Shown here in pieces: positions 45,155-53,648 of a stretch of 64,000 bases of DNA (within the stretch, counting starts at the first letter, position 1; each line of letters opens with the position of its first letter). The stretch comes from Candidatus Saccharimonadales bacterium (GTDB taxonomy: Bacteria > Patescibacteriota > Saccharimonadia > Saccharimonadales > JAXHNE01). Where the stretch lies: the NCBI GenBank assembly GCA_041600755.1, contig JBFIJL010000001.1:122896-186895 (forward strand), in the 5' to 3' direction. Below the pieces are notes generated by a model, which saw nothing but the letters and a program-made list of their open reading frames with translations, searched no databases and was not told the origin of the DNA. Position numbers and translations under genes: made by a program.

Positions 45155-46549
45155 ATGCACAAAACAAAACATTCAAGACCGGTTCACTTTGACTACGACC
45201 TAATTATTGTCGGCACAGGAGCTGGGGGTGGTGTTGCTGCTCATCAAGCTCGGATGGCTGGCAAAAAAGTAGCTGTTATCGAAGCCGAGAAACTTGGGGG
45301 TGAGTGCCCCAACTACGGCTGCGTCCCAACCAAAGCACTCTTGCAGGCCGCAGAGACATACAAATCTGCAAAGGAAGGCGAACGCTTTGGATTAAAAGCC
45401 AAAGACATTGGATTCGATTACAAAAAAATCAAAGCCTGGAAAACCGCTGCCGTAAACCACACCGGCGCAGAAGAGGGCGAAGCGTTTTATAAATGCGAGG
45501 GAATCGACGTAGTGCACGGTTATGGCCACTTTATCGATCCTTGGCGTATTACTGTTGGAGGAAAGCGATTTTCTGCCAAAAAATTTCTAATTGCAACCGG
45601 CACAAAATCTGTAGTTCCGCCAATTCCTGGTCTCGACACAACTGGCTACATCTCGTACCGTGAGGCGATAGACCTCGATGAACCACCAAAGTCACTGTTC
45701 GTAATTGGCGGCGGTGCAATTGGCTGTGAATTTGCTGAAGTGTTTTCGTCATTTGGAACCAAAGTACACATAGCCGACATGGCCCCCCGCTTGATTGCAC
45801 TTGAAGACGAAGATGTTGGCGAACTACTGGGAGCCCTATTTGCACAAAAAGGTATCAATGTGCACACCAGCGTTCGAGTTACTCGAGTTGCCAAAAAGGG
45901 CAACCAAAAAGTGGTCAGTATCGAGACGGGTGGCAAAACCCAAACAATCGCAGTTGATGAAATTCTGCTCGCCAGCGGAAAGGCAGCCAACACCGACCTG
46001 GGACTTGAGAACGCAGGTGTTGCCTACGATCGTAAGGGCATCACCGTAAACGACTTCATGCAAACTACTAGTAAGCATATCTACGCCGCTGGCGATGTTG
46101 TTGGGCCATATCGGTTTACGCACACTGCATCGTATCAGAGTAAAATTGCAGCACACAACATGTATCACCGTGAAGGCAAAATTAAAGCCAATTATCGAGC
46201 AATTCCCCGCTGTGTCTTCACCGATCCAGAAATTGCCTGTGTAGGTGAAACCGAAGCGCAACTAAAAGCCCGAGGCAAGCGCTATCAGGTTGGCGCAGTG
46301 CCAATCAGTGTTATCGGCCGCGCCAACACCAGCGGAGTCGAGAATGGCTTCGTTAAGGTCCTGGCTAGTAATTATGGAACCATCCTTGGCGCCAGCATTG
46401 TCAGCCCTAGAGCCGGTGAAATGATTCATGAGTTAACGCTAGCCGTGCAACATAAAATGACCGCCCGCCAAATCGCCGAAACAGTGCACGCCTTCCCTAC
46501 CTGGAGTGAAGCTGTTCGAAAAGCATGCCAAAAGCTTCAATCCCGCTAA
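45155..46549 (+). CDS. Class I pyridine nucleotide-disulfide oxidoreductase (dihydrolipoamide dehydrogenase-like)
   Basis: GTGAGG FAD motif, redox-active GGECPNYGCVPTK, a second Rossmann motif GGGAIGCE, and the C-terminal HAFPTWSE dimer-interface motif. Confidence 0.9.
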   Translation: MHKTKHSRPVHFDYDLIIVGTGAGGGVAAHQARMAGKKVAVIEAEKLGGECPNYGCVPTKALLQAAETYKSAKEGERFGLKAKDIGFDYKKIKAWKTAAVNHTGAEEGEAFYKCEGIDVVHGYGHFIDPWRITVGGKRFSAKKFLIATGTKSVVPPIPGLDTTGYISYREAIDLDEPPKSLFVIGGGAIGCEFAEVFSSFGTKVHIADMAPRLIALEDEDVGELLGALFAQKGINVHTSVRVTRVAKKGNQKVVSIETGGKTQTIAVDEILLASGKAANTDLGLENAGVAYDRKGITVNDFMQTTSKHIYAAGDVVGPYRFTHTASYQSKIAAHNMYHREGKIKANYRAIPRCVFTDPEIACVGETEAQLKARGKRYQVGAVPISVIGRANTSGVENGFVKVLASNYGTILGASIVSPRAGEMIHELTLAVQHKMTARQIAETVHAFPTWSEAVRKACQKLQSR

Positions 46550-46586
46550 AAATCTGCTATACTCATCTCTGTTAAGTCTAACCCGA

Positions 46587-46662
46587 GGGGGCGTAGCTCA
46601 GGGGTTAGAGCAGTCGGCTCATAACTGATTGGTCGTAGGTTCAAATCCTACCGCCCCCACCA
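46587..46662 (+). tRNA. tRNA with anticodon CAU (elongator Met or Ile2), CCA encoded
   Basis: GGGGGCG/CGCCCCC acceptor, GTCGG-CTCATAA-CTGAT anticodon arm, GTAGG-TTCAAAT-CCTAC T-arm. Confidence 0.9.
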
Positions 46663-46700
46663 TCGAGATATATTCCACCATGGGATCTATCTCGATTTTT
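46662..46700 (+). terminator. Hairpin terminator after the tRNA
   Basis: ATCGAGATA-N17-TATCTCGAT followed by TTTT. Confidence 0.6.
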
Positions 46701-46703
46701 AAT

Positions 46704-47225
46704 TTAGACTACTAGCATGAAAGCGGCCATTGCAAACATCAAGGCATCTTCCACGAAGCTAACTTTTGAGAGCGGTAGTTTAATCACCCTGCCTAAGCAT
46801 GCACACATAATGTTCGATTTGTTGCTTAGCTCCTTTAACACCCCTATCGATGCTACGCCGGTAATTATAAGTGTCACAAGGTTTAATAGTGCCGACCGGT
46901 CTAGCAGCAGATAAGACACGCCCAATATCGCCTCGACGAATGGGAAGGCATAGCCCCATAACGGAAAGCGTTTAGCCACTACATCATATGATTGATAGGT
47001 GACCGAGAATTCTTCGAGACTCAAAAACTTAAAAGTGGCAAAAACTATAAAGAAGACTGCCATGAAGTCACTCATGAATCTATGAAGACTAAATCCACGA
47101 GCCCAAGCCAAAAACACCGTAATTATAACTATACTGGCTATAACTCCAGCAAATTTTAGATATTCTCGCTTGTTATTGCTTTCGTCGTGCCCTAAGTGCA
47201 CATGTGCATCTTCGTGGTGATCCAT
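46704..47225 (-). CDS. MauE/DoxX-like membrane protein
   Basis: Four TM helices with a CACLG Cys motif as in the MauE family, and a His-rich N-terminus. Confidence 0.6.
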   Translation of the reverse strand: MDHHEDAHVHLGHDESNNKREYLKFAGVIASIVIITVFLAWARGFSLHRFMSDFMAVFFIVFATFKFLSLEEFSVTYQSYDVVAKRFPLWGYAFPFVEAILGVSYLLLDRSALLNLVTLIITGVASIGVLKELSNKSNIMCACLGRVIKLPLSKVSFVEDALMFAMAAFMLVV

Positions 47226-47230
47226 AGCCT

Positions 47231-48181
47231 CTATTTTAGCAGCTCTTTTGTGAAATCATCCAAAGATTCGGTGTGCATTAGACGATCACGCAGTTCTTTT
47301 GCGCCATCAAAATCACTAATATAAACCTTGGCGAATTTCTTCATGAGTGCCGGATTCTTGCGGCCTTCCCATTGCTCTCGGAACAGAGAAATATGCTGAG
47401 CAAACAATTGCTTTCTCTCTGTCTCGCCTACTGAATCCCAAACGCTGCTGCTTGCAAACACATACGGGTTTTTGAAAATTCCGCGACCAATCATAATGCC
47501 ATCCAGCCCTGATTCTTTAGCCAATTTTTCACCCTGCTCGCGGGACTCTACGTCTCCATTTCCAACCAGCAGCGTATCTGGAGAGATCTCATTACGTAGC
47601 GCCACAATACTGCTAGCTAACTCCCAATGAGCTGGAACTTTCGACATCTCTTTCACAGTCCTAAAGTGCACAGTCAACATCGGTGGTTTATGTTCAAGCA
47701 GAAAGCGAATCCAAGTTTCGTCGTATTCACGGGTGCCTATGCGCGTTTTAATGCTGACGTTTTCTGATCCCGCCCCATCCTGAGCGGCAACAATTATGTC
47801 GTGTGCATGTTCACGGTTTTCAATCAGACCCGAACATAAGCCCCGACTAACTACATTCTTCACAGGACAGCCCATATTGAGGTCAACTCCAATAAACCCA
47901 TCAGCCATGATTTCCCTGGCAGTTATTCTAAAATTTTTTACAGTAGAGCCCCAAATCTGGGCAATCAACGCACCCTCAGAAGCATCTTTAATAAGTTTTT
48001 TACCAACATGCTTGCGTCCTGGCGACTGCAGGCCATCGACATTTGCGAACTCCGTCATATACAAATCTGCTGGCGCGCAACTATGCACTACCCGGCGGAA
48101 TGTCGTATCGGTCACGTCATCCATTGGCGCCAAAACAAAAAATGGCTTTGGTAGTGTGTGTAAAAATTTATCCATGTGCAT
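47231..48181 (-). CDS. dus: tRNA-dihydrouridine synthase
   Basis: FVLAPMDDVTDTTFR, DLNMGCP and TVHFRT motifs of the Dus family. Confidence 0.88.
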   Translation of the reverse strand: MHMDKFLHTLPKPFFVLAPMDDVTDTTFRRVVHSCAPADLYMTEFANVDGLQSPGRKHVGKKLIKDASEGALIAQIWGSTVKNFRITAREIMADGFIGVDLNMGCPVKNVVSRGLCSGLIENREHAHDIIVAAQDGAGSENVSIKTRIGTREYDETWIRFLLEHKPPMLTVHFRTVKEMSKVPAHWELASSIVALRNEISPDTLLVGNGDVESREQGEKLAKESGLDGIMIGRGIFKNPYVFASSSVWDSVGETERKQLFAQHISLFREQWEGRKNPALMKKFAKVYISDFDGAKELRDRLMHTESLDDFTKELLK

Positions 48182-48188
48182 TAGTTCA

Positions 48189-49001
48189 CTAGTTTACAGT
48201 ATAGGTTTGTCTATTTTGCGTTTTTTGTATTTCTCTTTGATGAGCCCGGGCCGCCTGGCCTAGGAGCCCTGCTCTGGCGTCGAGATATCTCGCTTGCAAA
48301 TCGAGCAACGACTGCCACTTCCCTACACGAGTATTTTGTCGCTGGCTAGTAAGATAGTTTATTGCAGATGCCTCAACTCGCCTCCTTGTTTCATCATCCC
48401 AATTTCGATATATGCGCAGTGTATCGATCACGTTAAGAAGTTCGGACCACGATTGGCCAATCAGCCGTTTCATTTCATGCGCAGGCTTATGAGCAAAGCC
48501 AGGTGACTTTGCTTCCTTCAACAATACTAGAACGTCCAGATTCCTGGCTACTAAACCATCGCGGTGAAGACTGATTGCATCGACGGTTGTTTCCAGGGCA
48601 TGAATGCGTGAACGGTCACTGCGCTCAACCGCTTGATCTGTAATGTCTGTTGCTGCGGCAATAGTTTTGCGTGCGGCAGACCGTGCAAGCAATTCTGGAG
48701 GTCGCCTGACCCAAGTAAACTCCTTTGGAGGAAGAAGCACTCCTTTTGCATAGCCTACTGGATTCGGATCTAAACCCCTGCTATTACGATCATTCGTAAA
48801 CAAAATATCTTCAAGTTTGACTGCATTAAACCAAGACTTCTCGACATCAGTAAGCACAATATCGGCCAAATCTTGCTGCGGGTCGTAGAGTCGCTCCTTG
48901 ACGTAGCCACCAAAAGCCACGAGTCGATTTGTATCTTCTTTTATTTCAGCGACTGGAGGACCATGTAGCTCACCTGATTGTTCTGGTGTATTCCCTGTCA
49001 T
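48189..49001 (-). CDS. Hypothetical 270-aa protein
   Basis: Long ORF with GAGGG SD. No recognised motif. Confidence 0.55.
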   Translation of the reverse strand: MTGNTPEQSGELHGPPVAEIKEDTNRLVAFGGYVKERLYDPQQDLADIVLTDVEKSWFNAVKLEDILFTNDRNSRGLDPNPVGYAKGVLLPPKEFTWVRRPPELLARSAARKTIAAATDITDQAVERSDRSRIHALETTVDAISLHRDGLVARNLDVLVLLKEAKSPGFAHKPAHEMKRLIGQSWSELLNVIDTLRIYRNWDDETRRRVEASAINYLTSQRQNTRVGKWQSLLDLQARYLDARAGLLGQAARAHQREIQKTQNRQTYTVN

Positions 49002-49018
49002 GACGCCCTCACTTTATA

Positions 49019-49285
49019 CTAATTTTGTTTTTCGCGATTTGCTGAATAAATAGCTACAGCACCCTTGATTGCTGAGTTGTCGTGTGTAGAGCCTTCGATA
49101 CCAGTATCATGCTTTATTTGAGCAATTCGCTCACTTACGCTTTCTGGGGCTGGGTCGGAATAGAGCTTCTTCTGAAAGTCTTCAATATCCTCTTGGGTTG
49201 CTCCAGGAGCGGTCGATTTCCAATGTGCTTCAGAAAGCTCAATTGCTCGCTGCAGGTTATCTGGTGTTGTTCGTTGTTCTGCCAT
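49019..49285 (-). CDS. Hypothetical 88-aa protein
   Basis: ORF 17 nt upstream of the 270-aa gene on the same strand. Confidence 0.5.
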   Translation of the reverse strand: MAEQRTTPDNLQRAIELSEAHWKSTAPGATQEDIEDFQKKLYSDPAPESVSERIAQIKHDTGIEGSTHDNSAIKGAVAIYSANREKQN

Positions 49286-49309
49286 AACGATATTATAGCA
49301 CAGTTATGC

Positions 49310-50158
49310 TTATTTTACAACCAGTAGCACCCAGAAGAAGAGCATGGCTCCCATGATCATATTTATGCGAGGGAAATATGTGTAGTAGCGAAAGAATGCC
49401 TCTTTTGTGGCAGTTTTGGACGACACATACATTAACCATAGGTAGAGAAGTCCGCCAGCTAGCGCGAACCAACCAAGATATTGATACGAAAGAATAGCAG
49501 CGGCTGCGTAGTTAAATGCGCAAAAGATAAGTGTATTTTGCTTGCCAAGTACAGTTGCAATGGTTTTAATTTTAGCTTTCTGATCAGCTCGAATATCTGG
49601 TATCGCCGAGAAGGCATGCATGGCTGCGCACCAAAACATGCCAGCAAGGAAAAGCTGCAGTGCAGGATATGAGCCACCGGTAAGCAGTCCGTAGCTCACC
49701 AACGCAGGAAATACGTAAAGCACATTAAAATAAGCATCCAAAAATGGCTTGGTCTTGGCTCGGATTGGCGGCACTGAGTAGCCTAGACCAAAGAAATAGA
49801 AGCCTGTCATCGCCCACTTCACCGCCTGTGGAACTGAAGGAGGTAGAACAAGAAGTAATCCAAGCATACCCATCAAAGTCAAAATTCGTAGCACTCCCTG
49901 TCGATGATCGGGGCTCAATAGTTGCTCGTATCCCTGTTTTTTTGAATTGTGCTTGTCGGTTTCGTAGTCAAAAACGTCGTTAAACCCATATATGAGTAAA
50001 TTGGCAGGAACAGTGAAAAACAGACCGAGTGCAAGCAGCCTGAAAGAAAATACCTGATTAGGAGCGGCAACGATACCGATCAAAAAGGGACCAAGCAAAT
50101 AAACCCAGAATCGTGGTCGGCTTAATCGCAAAAGTGGGCTTCGTTGACGACTACTCAT
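49310..50158 (-). CDS. UbiA-family prenyltransferase (lycopene elongase LyeJ/CrtEb-like by context)
   Basis: NDVFDYETD (NDxxDxxxD) and a second Asp-rich region. SRPRFW N-terminus and about eight TM helices. ATG 50158; the track's TTG is at 50176. Confidence 0.75.
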   Translation of the reverse strand: MSSRQRSPLLRLSRPRFWVYLLGPFLIGIVAAPNQVFSFRLLALGLFFTVPANLLIYGFNDVFDYETDKHNSKKQGYEQLLSPDHRQGVLRILTLMGMLGLLLVLPPSVPQAVKWAMTGFYFFGLGYSVPPIRAKTKPFLDAYFNVLYVFPALVSYGLLTGGSYPALQLFLAGMFWCAAMHAFSAIPDIRADQKAKIKTIATVLGKQNTLIFCAFNYAAAAILSYQYLGWFALAGGLLYLWLMYVSSKTATKEAFFRYYTYFPRINMIMGAMLFFWVLLVVK

Positions 50159-50175
50159 GTGCGATAATTGTAGCA

Positions 50176-50859
50176 ATGAATCTAGAAAATGTACCGAATG
50201 TTATTGCTTTGATTGCCCCGATAATTGGAATTATCTTATTTGCAGTACCAAGTTACTTCGGTGTACTCAAGCAACGAAAGACATTAGGACTGTTTATATT
50301 AATCATCCTTGGGGTGTACGCCTTAGCGGTTGAAACGGCAGCAATCAAAACTGGTTTTCCTTATGGATCATTCAGCTATACCGATGTTCTTGGCCCAAAA
50401 TTACTTGATACCACTCCATGGGCGGTGGCTTTTGCTTATCCACCAATTTTGCTTGGTGCATTCTGGCTGGCGAGCAAGTTTACTCGCTCATTTCCACGCA
50501 TAATTCTAGCGGCAATATTTGCAACTATAGTGGATGTTGTTCTTGACCCAGCTATCGTGAAACTTGAATTTTGGGCCTGGGAAACACCAGGAGCATTTTA
50601 TGGAGTTCCTTGGATTAACTTTGCTGGGTGGCTGCTCAGTGGCCTCGTGGGCGCCTTCATCTTGCATATACTCTGGGGCAAGGATCATCGCGTCAAGGCT
50701 CCTGTAGCTTACAGTGGGCTGTCTGTGCTGTTGTTTTGGACTGGCGTTAACGCTGGAGTGGCACAGAAGATTCCATTTGGCATAGGTGCCGCCTATGCAC
50801 TTCTCATTTTGATAATTATCATAATAGAAAAGCAGCAATTTAAAGGAGAAGATGAGTAA
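50176..50859 (+). CDS. Carotenoid biosynthesis membrane protein (CruF/PF04240-like)
   Basis: Polytopic, with FPYGSFSYTDVLGPKL...PWAVAFAY resembling the Caroten_synth family. An 8-nt overlap couples it to the desaturase gene. Confidence 0.6.
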   Translation: MNLENVPNVIALIAPIIGIILFAVPSYFGVLKQRKTLGLFILIILGVYALAVETAAIKTGFPYGSFSYTDVLGPKLLDTTPWAVAFAYPPILLGAFWLASKFTRSFPRIILAAIFATIVDVVLDPAIVKLEFWAWETPGAFYGVPWINFAGWLLSGLVGAFILHILWGKDHRVKAPVAYSGLSVLLFWTGVNAGVAQKIPFGIGAAYALLILIIIIIEKQQFKGEDE

Positions 50860-52429
50860 GTCCGCTCTGATCATAGGGTCGGGATTTGGTGGACTAGGAT
50901 CAGCATGCTTACTCTCTAAAGCGGGCTACGATGTCACTGTGCTTGAAAAAAACGAAATGGTTGGGGGACGAGCAAGCGTCTTTAATGTTAAAAAAAACCG
51001 CTACGGAACATGGGCTGTAAGCACCAATAAAAAAACAGTTGGGCGTAAACCAGAGTCGTTCCGCTTTGACATGGGGCCAAGTTGGTACTTGATGCCTGAT
51101 GTATTTGAACACTTCTTCGAATTGATTGGAGAAGACGTAAATAAGCTTCTAGACCTTGAAAAGCTTGGACCAAGTTATCGAATATTCTACAAAGACACAT
51201 CCAAAAGTGTCGATATCTATTCTGATCTAAAGCGCGACCTCAAAACAATCGAATCCATCGAAGATGGTGCCGGCGAAGCACTAAATCGCTATCTAGATCA
51301 GGCTGGCTACCAGTATGAAGTTGCCAAAGATAGATTTATGTACAAAAACTACGACTCTATCAAAGATTTCTTCACCAAAGAAATGGCGGTTGAGGGTCGT
51401 AAGCTTAGTGTGCTTGCAAACATGGACAAGCATGTGCGCAAGTATTTCAAGACTGATGCCATGCAAAAAATCATGCAATATCCACTCGTATTCCTAGGCT
51501 CAAGCCCATACAATACCCCGGCGATTTACAACATCATGAGCCATATCGACTTCAATATGGGGGTGTTTTATCCACAAGGTGGCATTTACGAAATTACTGA
51601 GTCTTTGGCTGGAATTGCAAAGAAACACGGCACAAAGTTTAAGATAAACACACCAGTAAAAAAAATAATTGTCGAGAACGGCAAGGCGGTTGGTGTAAAG
51701 CTAGAAAACGGCAAGGACCTACGGGCAGATATCGTCATTAGTAACGCAGATATTTATCACACCGAGCACACACTACTAGATGAAAAGCACCGCACAAAGT
51801 CCAAAAAATACTGGGACAAGCGCACACTGGCACCAAGTGCCCTGATCATGTACCTGGGCGTAAAGGGCAAGTTACCATCTTTGACGCATCACAATCTTTT
51901 GTTCAGCAAAGACTGGAAACAAAATTTTGCCGAAATTTTTGATAAGCCACAATGGCCAAGCGATCCAAGCCTGTACGTCTGTAATCCAAGCAAAACCGAC
52001 TCGAGCACTGCTCCAAAAGGACATGAAAACTTATTTGTGCTTGTGCCGATTGCGCCAGGCCTGACTTACACCGAAAAGCAGCTCGAAAAATATGCTGACA
52101 CCATCCTGGCAACTATGGAAACCGAGATGAAACTGACTGGGCTGCGCGATCAAATTGTCTATAAGCGCCTGTTTAGCGTCAAGGATTTCTTTGCCCGCTA
52201 CAACAGCCAAGGCGGCACTGCACTTGGCCTAGCCCACACTCTCAAGCAAACGGCCGTATTTCGACCAAATAACATCAGTAAAAAAGTGAAAAACCTTTAT
52301 TTTGTAGGAGCTGGCACAAATCCGGGCATTGGGATGCCAATCACTCTTATTAGTGCCGAACTTATGTACAAGCGCCTGATTGGAGACAAAACGTCTGGCC
52401 CTCTAACGGAAAAACAGTTGCAGAAATAA
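50852..52429 (+). CDS. Phytoene desaturase family enzyme (CrtI/CrtD-like)
   Basis: N-terminal IIGSGFGGLG...VLEKN...GGRA FAD fold. 525 aa with the C-terminal FVGAGTNPGIGMP motif of CrtI-type desaturases. Confidence 0.88.
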   Translation: MSKSALIIGSGFGGLGSACLLSKAGYDVTVLEKNEMVGGRASVFNVKKNRYGTWAVSTNKKTVGRKPESFRFDMGPSWYLMPDVFEHFFELIGEDVNKLLDLEKLGPSYRIFYKDTSKSVDIYSDLKRDLKTIESIEDGAGEALNRYLDQAGYQYEVAKDRFMYKNYDSIKDFFTKEMAVEGRKLSVLANMDKHVRKYFKTDAMQKIMQYPLVFLGSSPYNTPAIYNIMSHIDFNMGVFYPQGGIYEITESLAGIAKKHGTKFKINTPVKKIIVENGKAVGVKLENGKDLRADIVISNADIYHTEHTLLDEKHRTKSKKYWDKRTLAPSALIMYLGVKGKLPSLTHHNLLFSKDWKQNFAEIFDKPQWPSDPSLYVCNPSKTDSSTAPKGHENLFVLVPIAPGLTYTEKQLEKYADTILATMETEMKLTGLRDQIVYKRLFSVKDFFARYNSQGGTALGLAHTLKQTAVFRPNNISKKVKNLYFVGAGTNPGIGMPITLISAELMYKRLIGDKTSGPLTEKQLQK

Positions 52430-52441
52430 GTTTTCAAAAAC

Positions 52442-52473
52442 AAAAAAATCGGCTGATTGCTCAGCCGATTTTT
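52442..52473. terminator. Bidirectional terminator between convergent genes
   Basis: AAAATCGGCTGA-TTGC-TCAGCCGATTTT. Confidence 0.7.
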
Positions 52474-52493
52474 GCTTTCTAAGCGATAGTTGC

Positions 52494-52691
52494 TTAGCGG
52501 TCGCGCTTGATAGTCAAGAAACCGTTACGTGGGTTCTCATTTACTGAGTAGCCGTCTGGAAGATCAGTAGCTTCTGGTCGTTCGTCCTTGCTAAAGTAGT
52601 AAATTCGCTGTTCTTTGCCACCACGGAGTGTGACCATTTTGCTGTTTAGGTAGTACGTTACACCTTTTGAGTTAGTGTGCTTGTAAGCCAT
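52494..52691 (-). CDS. Hypothetical 65-aa basic protein
   Basis: GAGGGAAG SD upstream. No recognised domain. Confidence 0.55.
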   Translation of the reverse strand: MAYKHTNSKGVTYYLNSKMVTLRGGKEQRIYYFSKDERPEATDLPDGYSVNENPRNGFLTIKRDR

Positions 52692-52903
52692 AGTGCTTAA
52701 CTTCCCTCTCTTACTTAAGTAGTAGTGACTCTACCATACGCTTGAGGTATTTCACTTGTCAACAACTTTCCCACAGATTGACCCCTGTAAAGAATTATCA
52801 CCCCTGTTGTTTCTGTATAAAAATTACAATTACCTGCTTGCAGTCGTTAATGCTTATGCGCTACACTTAAGCCTGTAACAAATTATAAAGGTGGAGAGAA
52901 TAC

Positions 52904-53578
52904 ATGGAATTTATGAACCGCAGTAATCCTGGTGCACCGCAGCAGCAGCACAATCCAGCTGCTCAAACCTCTGCGCAGCATCCAGCAGCAAAAAAGAAAA
53001 GTAAGTTTAGCGGGGGCGACGGTGACTCAAAGAGCATACGTATCGCTTCTATAGTTTTACTGTTTTCAGTGACAATATTGATCGTATTTTTGGTATTTTC
53101 ATTTGTCTTGGGACCAAAAAACGAGAGCAGCTACGTTGAAAAAGACCGATTACAAGCAGTCTTCCTAAATGGCGGACAGGTGTACTTTGGTAAAATTTCT
53201 GATCTCAACGATAAGTACATTCGCATGAGTGACATCTTCTACTTGCGCGTTAACCAAGTTGTTCAGCCAAACCAAGAAGGCACTCAGCAAGCTTCTGGCG
53301 ATAATATCTCACTCGTAAAGCTCGGATGTGAACTTCACCGCCCAAGCAATGAAATGCTTATCAACAGAAGCCAGGTTGTATTCTGGGAAAACCTCAAGGA
53401 TGAATCTGGTGAAAACACCGTTCCTGGTGCAGTCGCCAACTACAAGACTCAGTACCCTAACGGCCAAGAATGTCAGGCTGGTGGTGGCACAACCGACACA
53501 GGTGCAACTCAAACCACCCCAACAACCGGCACTGGCACCGGTTCGGGAACAGGCGTAACAGGAACTGGCACAAACTAG
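52904..53578 (+). CDS. Membrane-anchored protein with low-complexity termini
   Basis: GGTGGAG SD, Q/A-rich N-terminus, one TM helix and a (TG)n-rich tail TGTGTGSGTGVTGTGTN. Confidence 0.55.
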   Translation: MEFMNRSNPGAPQQQHNPAAQTSAQHPAAKKKSKFSGGDGDSKSIRIASIVLLFSVTILIVFLVFSFVLGPKNESSYVEKDRLQAVFLNGGQVYFGKISDLNDKYIRMSDIFYLRVNQVVQPNQEGTQQASGDNISLVKLGCELHRPSNEMLINRSQVVFWENLKDESGENTVPGAVANYKTQYPNGQECQAGGGTTDTGATQTTPTTGTGTGSGTGVTGTGTN

Positions 53579-53613
53579 AGCGGTCATTTCTTATACAGGC
53601 ACATAGCCTTATT

Positions 53614-53643
53614 AAAAAACTCCAGCACAGTCTGGAGTTTTTT
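53614..53643. terminator. Bidirectional terminator between convergent genes
   Basis: AAAAAACTCCAG-CACAGT-CTGGAGTTTTTT. Confidence 0.7.
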
Positions 53644-53648
53644 AATAC

